Part shown: one piece after another, positions 7,401-22,100 of the stretch
How positions within the stretch are numbered: position 1 is the first letter of the stretch
Layout: each line of letters starts with the position of its first letter
Assembly (NCBI GenBank): GCA_964016885.1
Contig: OZ024757.1
Span: 496,001-560,000, forward strand
Length of the DNA stretch: 64,000 nt
Source of the DNA: Eledone cirrhosa
Taxonomy: Eukaryota
Direction of reading: 5' to 3'
The notes under the pieces: generated by a model
What the model was told of the DNA's origin: nothing
The model's database searches: none
The model's input: the letters and a program-made list of their open reading frames with translations, nothing else
Made by a program: the position numbers and the translations under genes

Positions 7401-10400
7401 CTAGGTTGGGATAGTGACATTGGGGTGTAGACAGTAGCTACTAGGGTGAGATAGTGACATTAGGGTGAAGACAGTAGCTACTAGGGTGAGATAGTGACAT
7501 TGGGGTAAAGAGAGTAGCTACTAACGTGATATAGTGACATTGGGGTGGAGAAAATAGCTACTAGGGTGAGAGAGTGACATTGGTGTGAAGACATTAGCTA
7601 CTAGGGTGAGATAGTGACATTGGGGTGAAGACAGTAGCTACTAGTGTGAGATAGTGACATTGGTGTGAAGACAGTAGTTACTAGGGTGAGATAGAGACAT
7701 TGGGGTGACAACAGTAGCTACTAGGGTGAGATAGTGACATTGGTGTGAAGACAGTAGCTACTAGGGTGAGATAGTGACATTGGTGTGAAGACAGTAGCTA
7801 CTAGGGTGAGATAGTGACATTGGGGTGAAGACTAGCTACTAGGATGAGATAGTGACATTGGTTGGAAGACAATAGCTACTAGGGTGAGATAGTGACATTG
7901 GGGTGACAACAGTAGCTACTAGGGTGAGATAGTGACATTGGGGTGAAGACAGTAGCTACTGGGTGAGATAGTGACATTGGGGTGGAGACAATAGTTACTA
8001 GGGAGTGATAGTTACATTAGGGTGAAGACAGTAGCTACTAGGGTGAGATAGTGACATTAGAGTGAAGACAGTAGTTACTAGGGTGAGATAGTGACATTGG
8101 GGTGGAGACAATAGTTACTAGGGTGAGATAGTGACATTGGGGTGGAGGCAATAGTTACTAGGGTGAGATAGTGACATTGGGGTGAAGACAGTAGATACTA
8201 GGGTCAGATAGTGACGTTGGGGTGAGATAGAGACATTGTGCTGTAGACAATAGTTACTAGGGTGAGATAGTATCATTAGGGTGAAGACAGTAGATACTAG
8301 AGTGAGATAGTGATCTTGGGGTGAAGACAATAGCTACTAGGGTGCGATAGATGACATTATAGTGAAGACAATAGCTACTCGGGTGAGAGAGTGACATTGG
8401 TGTGAAGACATTAGCTACATGGGTGAGATAGTGACATTGGGGTGAAGACAATAGCTACTAGGGTGAGATAGTGACATTGGGGTGAAGACAGTAGCTATTT
8501 GGGTGAGATAGTGACATTGGGGTGAAGTCACTAGCTACTAGGGTGAGATAGTGACATTGGGGTGGAGACAGTAGCTACTAGGGTGAGATAGTGACATTAG
8601 GGTGAAGACAGTAGCTACAAGGGTGGGATAGTGACATTGGGTTGAAGACAATAGCTACTAGGGTGAGATAGTGACATTAGGGTGAATACAGTAACTACTA
8701 GGTTGAGATAGTGACATTGGGGTGAAGACAGTAACTACTAGGGTGAGATAGTGACATTGGGGTAAAGAGAGTAGCTACTAGGGTTAGATAGTGACATTGG
8801 AGTGGAGAAAATAGCTACTAGGGTGAGAGAGTGACATTGGTGTGAAGACATTAGCTACTAGGGTGAGATATGGACATTGGGGTGAAAACAGTAGCTACTA
8901 GGGTGAGATAGTGACATTGGGGTGACAACAGTAGCTACTAGGGTGAGATAGTGACATTGGGGTGAAAACAGTAGCTACTAGGGTGAGATCGTGACATTGG
9001 GGTGAAGACAGTAGCTACTGGGTGAGATAGTGACATTGGGATGAAGACAGAAGCTACTAGGTTGTGATTGTGACATTAGGGTGGAGACAGTAGCTACTAG
9101 GGTGAGATAGTGACATTAGGGTGAAGACAGTATCTACTAGGGTGGGATAGTGACATTGGCTTGAAGACAATAGCTACTAGGGTGAGATAGTGACATTAGG
9201 GTGAATACAGTAACTACTAGGGTGAGATAGTGACATTGGGGTGAAGACAGTAACAACTAGGGTGAGATAGTGACATTGGGGTAAAGAGAGTAGCTACTAG
9301 GGTGAGATAGCGACATTGGGGTGGAGAAAATAGCTACTAGGGTGAGAGAGTGACATTGGTGTGAAGACATTAGCTACTAGGGTGAGATAGTGACATTGGG
9401 GTGAGGACAGTAGCTACTAGTGTGAGATAGTGACATTGGTGTGAAGACAGTAGCTACTAGGGTGAGATAGTGACATTGGTGTGAAGACAGTAGCTACTAG
9501 GGTGAGATAGTGACATTGGTGTGAAGACAGTAGCTACTAGGGTGAGATAGTGACATTGGGGTGAATACAGTAGCTACTAGGGTGAGATAGTGACATTGGT
9601 GTGAAGACAGTAGCTACTAGGGTGAGATAGTGACATTGGGGTGAAGACTAGCTACTAGGGTGAGATAGTGACATTGGTTGGAAGACAATAGTTACTAGGG
9701 TGAGATAGTGACAGTGGGGTAAAGAGAGTAGCTACTAACGTGATATAGTGACATTGGGGTGGAGAAAATAGCTACTAGGGTGAGAGAGTGACATTGGTGT
9801 GAAGACATTAGCTACTAGGGTGAGATAGTGACATTGGGGTGAAGACAGTAGCTACTAGTGTGAGATAGTGACATTGGTGTGAAGACAGTAGTTACTAGGG
9901 TGAGATAGGGACATTGGGGTGACAACAGTAGCTACTAGGGTGAGATAGTGACATTGGTGTGAAGACAGTAGCTACTAGGGTGAGATAGTGACATTGGTGT
10001 GAAGACAGTAGCTACTAGGGTGAGATAGTGACATTGGGGTGAAGACTAGCTACTAGGGTGAGATAGTGACATTGGTTGGAAGACAATAGCTACTAGGGTG
10101 AGATAGTGACATTGGGGTGACAACAGTAGCTACTAGGGTGAGATAGTGACATTGGGGTGAATACAGTAGCTACTAGGGTGAGATAGTGACATTGGGGTGA
10201 AGACAGAAGCTACTAGGGAGTGATAGTTAGATTAGGGTGAAGACAGTAGCTACTAGGGTGAGATAGTGACATTAGAGTGAAGACAGTAGTTACTAGGGTG
10301 AGATAGTGACATTGGGGTGGAGACAATAGTTACTAGGGTGAGATAGTGACATTGGGGTGGAGGCAATAGTTACTAGGGTGAGATAGTGACATTGGGGTGA

Positions 10401-10959
10401 AGACAGTAGATACTAGAGTCTGATAGTGATCTTGGGGTGAAGACAATAGCTACTAGGGTGCGATAGATGACATTATGGTGAAGACACTAGCTACTAGGGT
10501 GAGATAGTGACATTGGTGTGAAGACATTAGCTACTTGGGTGAGATAGTGACATTGGGGTGAAGACAATAGCTACTAGGGTGAGATAGTGACATTGGCGTG
10601 AAGACAGTAGCTATTTGGGTGAGATAGTGACATTGGGGTGAAGACACTAGCTACTAGGGTGAGATAGTGACATTGGGGTGGAGACAGTAGCTACTAGGGT
10701 GAGATAGTGACATTGGAGTGGAGAGAATAGCTACTAGGGTGAGAGAGTGACATTGGTGTGAAGACATTAGCTACTAGGGTGAGATAGGGACATTGGGGTG
10801 ACAACAGTAGTTACTAGGGTGAGATAGTGACATTGGGGTGACAACAGTAGCTACTAGGGTGAGATCGTGACATTGGGGTGAAGACAGTAGCTACTGGGTG
10901 AGATAGTGACATTGGGATGAAGACAGAAGCTACTAGGTTGTGATTGTGACATTAGGGTG

Positions 10960-13900
10960 GAGACAGTAGCTACTAGGGTGAGATAGTGACATTAGGGTGA
11001 AGACAGTATCTACTACGGTGGGATAGTGACATTGGCTTGAAGACAATAGCTACTAGGGTGAGATAGTGACATTAGGGTGAATACAGTAACTACTAGGGTG
11101 AGATAGTGACATTGGGGTGAAGACAGTAACAACTAGGGTGAGATAGTGACATTGGGGTAAAGAGAGTAGCTACTAGGGTGAGAGAGTGACATTGGTGTGA
11201 AGACATTAGCTACTAGGGTGAGATAGTGACTTTGGGGTGAGGACAGTAGCTACTAGTGTGAGATAGTGACATTGGTGTGAAGACAGTAGCTACTAGGGTG
11301 AGATAGTGACATTGGTGTGAAGACAGTAGCTACTAGGGTGAGATAGTGACATTGGTGTGAAGACAGTAGCTACTAGGGTGAAATAGTGACATTGGGGTGA
11401 AGACTAGCTACTAGGGTGAGATAGTGACGTTGTTTGGAAGACAATAGCTACTAGGGTGAGATAGTGACATTGGGGTGACAACAGTAGCTACTAGCGTGAG
11501 ATAGTGACATTGGGGTGAATACAGTAGCTACTAGGGTGAGATAGTGACATTGGTGTGAAGACAGTAGCTACTAGGGTGAGATAGTGACATTGGGGTGAAG
11601 ACTAGCTACTAGGGTGAGATAGTGACATTGGTTGGAAGACAATAGCTACTAGGGTGAGATAGTGACATTGGGGTGACAACAGTAGCTACTAGGGTGAGAT
11701 AGTGACATTGGGGTGGAGAAAATAGCTACTAGGGTGAGAGAGTGACATTGGTGTGAAGACATTAGCTACTAGGGTGAGATAGTGACATTGGGGTGAAGAC
11801 AGTAGCTACTAGTGTGAGATAGTGACATTGGTGTGAAGACAGTAGTTACTAGGGTGAGATAGGGACATTGGGGTGACAACAGTAGCTACTAGGGTGAGAT
11901 AGTGACATTGGTGTGAAGACAGTAGCTACTAGGGTGAGATAGTGACATTGGTGTGAAGACAGTAGCTACTAGGGTGAGATAGTGACATTGGGGTGAAGAC
12001 TAGCTACTAGGGTGAGATAGTGACATTGGTTGGAAGACAATAGCTACTAGGGTGAGATAGTGACATTGGGGTGACAATAGTAGCTACTAGGGTGAGATAG
12101 TGACATTGGGGTTAATACAGTAGCTACTAGGGTGAGATAGTGACATTGGTGTGAAGACAGTAGCTACTAGGGTGAGATAGTGACATTGGGGTGAAGACTA
12201 GCTACTATGGTGAGATAGTGACATTGGTTGGAAGACAATAGCTACTAGGGTGAGATAGTGACATTGGTGTGAAGACAGTAGCTACTAGGTGAAGATAGTG
12301 ACATTGGGGTGACAACAGTAGCTACTTGGGTGAGATAATGACATTGGGCTGAAGACAATAGCTAGTAGGGTGAGATAGTGACATTGGGGTGAAGACAATA
12401 GCTACTAGAGTGAGATAGTGACATTGGTGTGAAGACAGTAGCTACTAGGGTGAGATAGTGACATTGGGGTGAAAACAGTAGCTACTAGGGTGAGATAGTG
12501 ACATTGGGGTGAAGACTAGCTACTAGGGTGAGATAGTGACATTGGGGTGAAGACAGTAGCTACTAGGGTGAGATAGGGACATTGGGGTGAAGACAGTAGC
12601 TACTGGGTGAGATAGTGACATTGGGGTGAAAACAGTAGCTACTAGGGTGAGATAGTGACATTGGGTTGAAGACTAGCTACTAGGGTGAGATAGTGACATT
12701 GGGGTGAAGACAGTAGCTACTAGGGTGAGATAGTGACATTGGGGTGAAGACAGAAGCTACTAGGGAGTGATAGTTACATTAGGGTGAAGACAGTAGCTAC
12801 TAGGGTGAGATAGTGACATTAGAGTGAAGACAGTAGTTACTAGGGTGAGATAGTGACATTGGGGTGGAGACAATAGTTACTAGGGTGAGATAGTGACATT
12901 GGGGTGGAGGCAATAGTTACTAGGGTGAGATAGTGACATTGGGGTGAAGACAGTAGATACTAGGGTCAGATAGTGACGTTGGGGTGAGATAGAGACATTG
13001 TGCTGTATACAATAGTTACTAGGGAGAGATAGTATCATTAGGGTGAAGACAGTAGATACTAGAGTGAGATAGATGACATTATGGTGAAGACAATAGTTAC
13101 TCGGGTGAGAGAGTGACATTGGTGTGAAGACATTAGCTACTTGGGTGAGATAGTGACATTGGGGTGAAGACAATAGCTACTAGGGTGAGATAGTGACATT
13201 GGGGTGGAGACAGTAGCTACTAGGGTGAGATAGTGACATTGGGTTGAAAACAATAGCTACTAGGGTGAGATAGTGACATTAGGGTGAATACAGTAACTAC
13301 TAGGGTGAGATAGTGACATTGGGGTGAAGACAGTAACTACTAGGGTGAGATAGTGACATTGGGGTAAAGAGAGTTGCTACTAGGGTGAGATAGTGACATT
13401 GGGGTAAAGAGAGTAGCTACTAGGGTGAGATAGTGACATCGTAGTGGAGAAAATAGCTACTAGGGTGAGAGAGTGACATTGGTGTGAAGACATTAGCTAC
13501 TAGGGTGAGATAGGGACATTGGGGTGACAACAGTAGCTACTAGGGTGAGATAGTGACATTGGGGTGACAACAGTAGCTACTAGGGTGAGATAGTGACATT
13601 AGGGTGGAGACAGTAGCTACTAGGGTGAGATAGTGACATTAGGGTGAAGACAGTATCTACTAGGGTGGGATAGTGACATTGGCTTGAAGACAATAGCTAC
13701 TAGGGTGAGATAGTGACATTAGGGTGAATACAGTAACTACTAGGGTGAGATAGTGACATTGGGGTGAAGACAGTAACTACTAGGGTGAGATAGTGACATT
13801 GGGGTAAAGAGAGTAGCTACTAGGGTGAGATAGTGACATTGGGGTGGAGAAAATAGCTACTAGGGTGAGAGAGTGACATTGGTGTGAAGACATTAGCTAC

Positions 13901-16900
13901 TAGGGTGAGATAGTGACATTGGGGTGACAACAGTAGCTACTAGGGTGAGATAGTGACATTAGGGTGGAGACAGTAGCTACTAGGGTGAGATAGTGACATT
14001 AGGGTGCAGACAGTATCTACTAGGGTGGGATAGTGACATTGGCTTGAAGACATTAGCTACTAGGGTGAGATAGGGACATTGGGGTGACAACAGTAGCTAC
14101 TAGGGTGAGATAGTGACATTGGGGTGACAACAGTAGCTACTAGGGTGAGATAGTGACATTAGGGTGGAGACAGTAGCTACTAGGGTGAGATAGTGACATT
14201 GGGGTGAGGACAGTAGCTACTAGTGTGAGATAGTGACATTGGTGTGAAGACAGTAGCTACTAGGGTGAGATAGTGACATTGGTGTGAAGACAGTAGCTAC
14301 TAGGGTGAGATAGTGACATTGGTGTGAAGACAGTAGCTACTAGGGTGAGATAGTGACATTGGGGTGAAGACTAGCTACTAGGGTGAGATAGTGACGTTGT
14401 TTGGAAGACAATAGCTACTAGGGTGAGATAGTGACATTGGGGTGACAACAGTAGCTACTAGGGTGAGATAGTGACATTGGGGTGAATACAGTAGCTACTA
14501 GGGTGAGATAGTGACATTGGTGTGAAGACAGTAGCTACTAGGGTGAGATAGTGACATTGGTTGGAAGACAATAGCTACTAGGGTGAGATAGTGACATTGG
14601 GGTGACAACAGTAGCTACTAGGGTGAGATAGTGACATTGGGGTGGAGACAATAGTTACTAGGGTGAGATAGTGACATTGGGGTGGAGGCAATAGTTACTA
14701 GGGTGAGATAGTGACATTGGGGTGAAGACAGTAGATACTAGAGTCTGATAGTGATCTTGGGGTGAAGACAATAGCTACTAGGGTGCGATAGATGACATTA
14801 TGGTGAAGACAATAGCTACTCGGGTGAGAGAGTGACATTGGTGTGAAGACATTAGCTACTTGGGTGAGATAGTGACATTGGTTGGAAGACAATAGCTACT
14901 AGGGTGAGATAGTGACATTGGGGTGACAACAGTAGCTACTAGGGTGAGATAGTGACATTGGCGTGAAGACAGTAGCTATTTGGGTGAGATAGTGACATTG
15001 GGGTGAAGACACTAGCTACTAGGGTGAGATAGTGACATTGGGGTGGAGACAGTAGCTACTAGGGTGAGATAGTGACATTGGAGTGGAGAGAATAGCTACT
15101 AGGGTGAGAGAGTGACATTGGTGTGAAGACATTAGCTACTAGGGTGAGATAGGGACATTGGGGTGACAACAGTAGTTACTAGGGTGAGATAGTGACATTG
15201 GGGTGAAGACAGTAACTACTAGGGTGAGATAGTGACATTGGGGTAAAGAGAGTTGCTACTAGGGTGAGATAGTGACATTGGGGTAAAGAGAGTAGCTACT
15301 AGGGTGAGATAGTGACATCGTAGTGGAGAAAATAGCTACTAGGGTGAGAGAGTGACATTGGTGTGAAGACATTAGCTACTAGGGTGAGATAGGGACATTG
15401 GGGTGACAACAGTAGCTACTAGGGTGAGATAGTGACATTGGGGTGACAACAGTAGCTACTAGGGTGAGATAGTGACATTAGGGTGGAGACAGTAGCTACT
15501 AGGGTGAGATAGTGACATTAGGGTGAAGACAGTATCTACTAGGGTGGGATAGTGACATTGGCTTGAAGACAATAGCTACTAGGGTGAGATAGTGACATTA
15601 GGGTGAATACAGTAACTACTAGGGTGAGATAGTGACATTGGGGTGAAGACAGTAACTACTAGGGTGAGATAGTGACATTGGGGTAAAGAGAGTAGCTACT
15701 AGGGTGAGATAGTGACATTGGGGTGGAGAAAATAGCTACTAGGGTGAGAGAGTGACATTGGTGTGAAGACATTAGCTACTAGGGTGAGATAGTGACATTG
15801 GGGTGACAACAGTAGCTACTAGGGTGAGATAGTGACATTAGGGTGGAGACAGTAGCTACTAGGGTGAGATAGTGACATTAGGGTGCAGACAGTATCTACT
15901 AGGGTGGGATAGTGACATTGGCTTGAAGACATTAGCTACTAGGGTGAGATAGGGACATTGGGGTGACAACAGTAGCTACTAGGGTGAGATAGTGACATTG
16001 GGGTGACAACAGTAGCTACTAGGGTGAGATAGTGACATTAGGGTGGAGACAGTAGCTACTAGGGTGAGATAGTGACATTGGGGTGAGGACAGTAGCTACT
16101 AGTGTGAGATAGTGACATTGGTGTGAAGACAGTAGCTACTAGGGTGAGATAGTGACATTGGTGTGAAGACAGTAGCTACTAGGGTGAGATAGTGACATTG
16201 GTGTGAAGACAGTAGCTACTAGGGTGAGATAGTGACATTGGGGTGAAGACTAGCTACTAGGGTGAGATAGTGACGTTGTTTGGAAGACAATAGCTACTAG
16301 GGTGAGATAGTGACATTGGGGTGACAACAGTAGCTACTAGGGTGAGATAGTGACATTGGGGTGAATACAGTAGCTACTAGGGTGAGATAGTGACATTGGT
16401 GTGAAGACAGTAGCTACTAGGGTGAGATAGTGACATTGGTTGGAAGACAATAGCTACTAGGGTGAGATAGTGACATTGGGGTGACAACAGTAGCTACTAG
16501 GGTGAGATAGTGACATTGGGGTGGAGACAATAGTTACTAGGGTGAGATAGTGACATTGGGGTGGAGGCAATAGTTACTAGGGTGAGATAGTGACATTGGG
16601 GTGAAGACAGTAGATACTAGAGTCTGATAGTGATCTTGGGGTGAAGACAATAGCTACTAGGGTGCGATAGATGACATTATGGTGAAGACAATAGCTACTC
16701 GGGTGAGAGAGTGACATTGGTGTGAAGACATTAGCTACTTGGGTGAGATAGTGATATTGGGGTGAAGACAATAGCTACTAGGGTGAGATAGTGACATTGG
16801 CGTGAAGACAGTAGCTATTTGGGTGAGATAGTGACATTGGGGTGAAGACACTAGCTACTAGGGTGAGATAGTGACATTGGGGTGGAGACAGTAGCTACTA

Positions 16901-19165
16901 GGGTGAGATAGTGACATTGGAGTGGAGAGAATAGCTACTAGGGTGAGAGAGTGACATTGGTGTGAAGACATTAGCTACTAGGGTGAGATAGGGACATTGG
17001 GGTGACAACAGTAGTTACTAGGGTGAGATAGTGACATTGGGGTGACAACAGTAGCTACTAGGGTGAGATCGTGACATTGGGGTGAAGACAGTAGCTACTG
17101 GGTGAGATAGTGACATTAGGGTGAAGACAGTATCTACTACGGTGGGATAGTGACATTGGCTTGAAGACAATAGCTACTAGGGTGAGATAGTGACATTAGG
17201 GTGAATACAGTAACTACTAGGGTGAGATAGTGACATTGGGGTGAAGACAGTAACAACTAGGGTGAGATAGTGACATTGGGGTAAAGAGAGTAGCTACTAG
17301 GGTGAGAGAGTGACATTGGTGTGAAGACATTAGCTACTAGGGTGAGATAGTGACTTTGGGGTGAGGACAGTAGCTACTAGTGTGAGATAGTGACATTGGT
17401 GTGAAGACAGTAGCTACTAGGGTGAGATAGTGACATTGGTGTGAAGACAGTAGCTACTAGGGTGAGATAGTGACATTGGTGTGAAGACAGTAGCTACTAG
17501 GGTGAAATAGTGACATTGGGGTGAAGACTAGCTACTAGGGTGAGATAGTGACGTTGTTTGGAAGACAATAGCTACTAGGGTGAGATAGTGACATTGGGGT
17601 GACAACAGTAGCTACTAGCGTGAGATAGTGACATTGGGGTGAATACAGTAGCTACTAGGGTGAGATAGTGACATTGGTGTGAAGACAGTAGCTACTAGGG
17701 TGAGATAGTGACATTGGGGTGAAGACTAGCTACTAGGGTGAGATAGTGACATTGGTTGGAAGACAATAGCTACTAGGGTGAGATAGTGACATTGGGGTGA
17801 CAACAGTAGCTACTAGGGTGAGATAGTGACATTGGGGTGGAGAAAATAGCTACTAGGGTGAGAGAGTGACATTGGTGTGAAGACATTAGCTACTAGGGTG
17901 AGATAGTGACATTGGGGTGAAGACAGTAGCTACTAGTGTGAGATAGTGACATTGGTGTGAAGACAGTAGTTACTAGGGTGAGATAGGGACATTGGGGTGA
18001 CAACAGTAGCTACTAGGGTGAGATAGTGACATTGGTGTGAAGACAGTAGCTACTAGGGTGAGATAGTGACATTGGTGTGAAGACAGTAGCTACTAGGGTG
18101 AGATAGTGACATTGGGGTGAAGACTAGCTACTAGGGTGAGATAGTGACATTGGTTGGAAGACAATAGCTACTAGGGTGAGATAGTGACATTGGGGTGACA
18201 ATAGTAGCTACTAGGGTGAGATAGTGACATTGGGGTTAATACAGTAGCTACTAGGGTGAGATAGTGACATTGGTGTGAAGACAGTAGCTACTAGGGTGAG
18301 ATAGTGACATTGGGGTGAAGACTAGCTACTATGGTGAGATAGTGACATTGGTTGGAAGACAATAGCTACTAGGGTGAGATAGTGACATTGGTGTGAAGAC
18401 AGTAGCTACTAGGTGAAGATAGTGACATTGGGGTGACAACAGTAGCTACTTGGGTGAGATAATGACATTGGGCTGAAGACAATAGCTAGTAGGGTGAGAT
18501 AGTGACATTGGGGTGAAGACAATAGCTACTAGAGTGAGATAGTGACATTGGTGTGAAGACAGTAGCTACTAGGGTGAGATAGTGACATTGGGGTGAAAAC
18601 AGTAGCTACTAGGGTGAGATAGTGACATTGGGGTGAAGACTAGCTACTAGGGTGAGATAGTGACATTGGGGTGAAGACAGTAGCTACTAGGGTGAGATAG
18701 TGACATTGGGGTGAAGACAGTAGCTACTGGGTGAGATAGTGACATTGGGGTGAAAACAGTAGCTACTAGGGTGAGATAGTGACATTGGGTTGAAGACTAG
18801 CTACTAGGGTGAGATAGTGACATTGGGGTGAAGACAGTAGCTACTAGGGTGAGATAGTGACATTGGGGTGAAGACAGAAGCTACTAGGGAGTGATAGTTA
18901 CATTAGGGTGAAGACAGTAGCTACTAGGGTGAGATAGTGACATTAGAGTGAAGACAGTAGTTACTAGGGTGAGATAGTGACATTGGGGTGGAGACAATAG
19001 TTACTAGGGTGAGATAGTGACATTGGGGTGGAGGCAATAGTTACTAGGGTGAGATAGTGACATTGGGGTGAAGACAGTAGATACTAGGGTCAGATAGTGA
19101 CGTTGGGGTGAGATAGAGACATTGTGCTGTATACAATAGTTACTAGGGAGAGATAGTATCATTAG
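10960..19165 (+). repeat. Satellite block duplicated at 6124-bp offset (~10960-13040 vs ~17090-19165)
   Basis: Rare variants recur exactly 6124 bp apart: tactacggtgg 11011/17135, gctactatgg 12201/18325, gctagtaggg 12361/18485, 19-bp half unit 12971/19095. Confidence 0.85.
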
Positions 19166-22100
19166 GGTGACATTGGGGTGGAGGCAATAGTTACTAGAGT
19201 GAGATAGTGACATTGGTGTGAAGACAGTAGCTACTAGGGTGAGATAGTGACATTGGGGTGAAAACAGTAGCTACTAGGGTGAGATAGTGACATTGGGGTG
19301 AAGACTAGCTACTAGGGTGAGATAGTGACATTGGGGTGAAGACAATAGTTACTCGGGTGAGAGAGTGACATTGGTGTGAAGACATTAGCTACTTGGGTGA
19401 GATAGTGACATTGGGGTGAAGACAATAGCTACTAGGGTGAGATAGTGACATTGGGGTGGAGACAGTAGCTACTAGGGTGAGATAGTGACATTGGGTTGAA
19501 AACAATAGCTACTAGGGTGAGATAGTGACATTAGGGTGAATACAGTAACTACTAGGGTGAGATAGTGACATTGGGGTGAAGACAGTAACTACTAGGGTGA
19601 GATAGTGACATTGGGGTAAAGAGAGTTGCTACTAGGGTGAGATAGTGACATTGGGGTAAAGAGAGTAGCTACTAGGGTGAGATAGTGACATCGTAGTGGA
19701 GAAAATAGCTACTAGGGTGAGAGAGTGACATTGGTGTGAAGACATTAGCTACTAGGGTGAGATAGGGACATTGGGGTGACAACAGTAGCTACTAGGGTGA
19801 GATAGTGACATTGGGGTGACAACAGTAGCTACTAGGGTGAGATAGTGACATTAGGGTGGAGACAGTAGCTACTAGGGTGAGATAGTGACATTAGGGTGAA
19901 GACAGTATCTACTAGGGTGGGATAGTGACATTGGCTTGAAGACAATAGCTACTAGGGTGAGATAGTGACATTAGGGTGAATACAGTAACTACTAGGGTGA
20001 GATAGTGACATTGGGGTGAAGACAGTAACTACTAGGGTGAGATAGTGACATTGGGGTAAAGAGAGTAGCTACTAGGGTTAGATAGTGACATTGGGGTGGA
20101 GAAAATAGCTACTAGGGTGAGAGAGTGACATTGGTGTGAAGACATTAGCTACTAGGGTGAGATAGTGACATTGGGGTGACAACAGTAGCTACTAGGGTGA
20201 GATAGTGACATTAGGGTGGAGACAGTAGCTACTAGGGTGAGATAGTGACATTAGGGTGAAGACAGTATCTACTAGGGTGGGATAGTGACATTGGCTTGAA
20301 GACATTAGCTACTAGGGTGAGATAGGGACATTGGGGTGACAACAGTAGCTACTAGGGTGAGATAGTGACATTGGGGTGACAACAGTAGCTACTAGGGTGA
20401 GATAGTGACATTAGGGTGGAGACAGTAGCTACTAGGGTGAGATAGTGACATTGGGGTGAGGACAGTAGCTACTAGTGTGAGATAGTGACATTGGTGTGAA
20501 GACAGTAGCTACTAGGGTGAGATAGTGACATTGGTGTGAAGACAGTAGCTACTAGGGTGAGATAGTGACATTGGTGTGAAGACAGTAGCTACTAGGGTGA
20601 GATAGTGACATTGGGGTGAAGACTAGCTACTAGGGTGAGATAGTGACGTTGTTTGGAAGACAATAGCTACTAGGGTGAGATAGTGACATTGGGGTGACAA
20701 CAGTAGCTACTAGGGTGAGATAGTGACATTGGGGTGAATACAGTAGCTACTAGGGTGAGATAGTGACATTGGTGTGAAGACAGTAGCTACTAGGGTGAGA
20801 TAGTGACATTGGTTGGAAGACAATAGCTACTAGGGTGAGATAGTGACATTGGGGTGACAACAGTAGCTACTAGGGTGAGATAGTGACATTGGAGTGAATA
20901 CAGTAGCTACTAGGGTGAGATAGTGACATTTGTGTGAAGACAGTAGCTACTAGGTTAAGATAGTGACATTGGGGTGACAACAGTAGCTACTTGGGTGAGA
21001 TAATGACATTGGGGTGAAGACAATAGCTACTAGGGTGAGATAGTGACATTGGGGTGAAGACAGTAGCTATTTGGGTGAGATAGTGACATTGGGGTGAAGA
21101 CACTAGCTACTAGGGTGAGATAGTGACATTGGGGTGAAGACAATAGCTACTAGGGTGAGATAGTGACATTGGTGTGAAGACAGTAGCTACTAGGGTGAGA
21201 TAGTGACATTGGGGTGAAGACAATAGCTACTAGGGTGAGATAGTGACATTGGTGTGAAGACAGTAGCTACTAGGGTGAGATAGTGACATTGGGGTGAAGA
21301 CAGTAGATACTTGGGTGAGATAATGACATTGGGGTGAAGACAATAGCTACTAGGGTGAGATAGTGACATTGGGGTGAAGACAATAGCTACTAGGGTGAGA
21401 TAGTGACATTGGTGTGAAGACAGTAGCTACTTGGGTGAGATAGTGACATTGGGGAGAAGACAGTAGCTACTTGGGTGAGATAGTGACATTGGGGTGAAGA
21501 CACTAGCTACTAGGGTGAGATAGCGACATTGGGGTGGAGACAGTAGCTACTAGGGTGAGATAGTGACATCAGGGTGAAGACAGTAGCTACTAGGGTGGGA
21601 TAGTGACATTGGGTTGAAGACAATACCTACTAGGGTGAGATATTGACATTAGGGTGAATACAGTAACTACTAGGGTGAGATAGTGACATTGGGGTAAAGA
21701 GAGTAGCTACTAGGGTGAGATAGTGACATTGGGGTGGAGAAAATAGCTACTAGGGTGAGAGAGTGACATTGGTGTGAAGACATTAGCTACTAGGGTGAGA
21801 TAGGGACATTGGGGTGACAACAGTAGCTACTAGGGTGAGATAGTGACATTGGGGTGACAACAGTAGCTACTAGGGTGAGATAGTGACATTGGGGTGAAGA
21901 CAATAGCTACTGGGTGAGATAGTGACATTGGGATGAAGACAGAAGCTACTAGGTTGTGATAGTGACATTAGGGTGGAGACAGTAGCTACTAGGGTGAGAT
22001 AGTGACATTGGGGTGAGATAGAGACATTGGGGTGTAGACAATAGTTACTAGGGTGAGATAGTATCATTAGGGTGAAGACAGTAGATACTAGAGTGAGATA

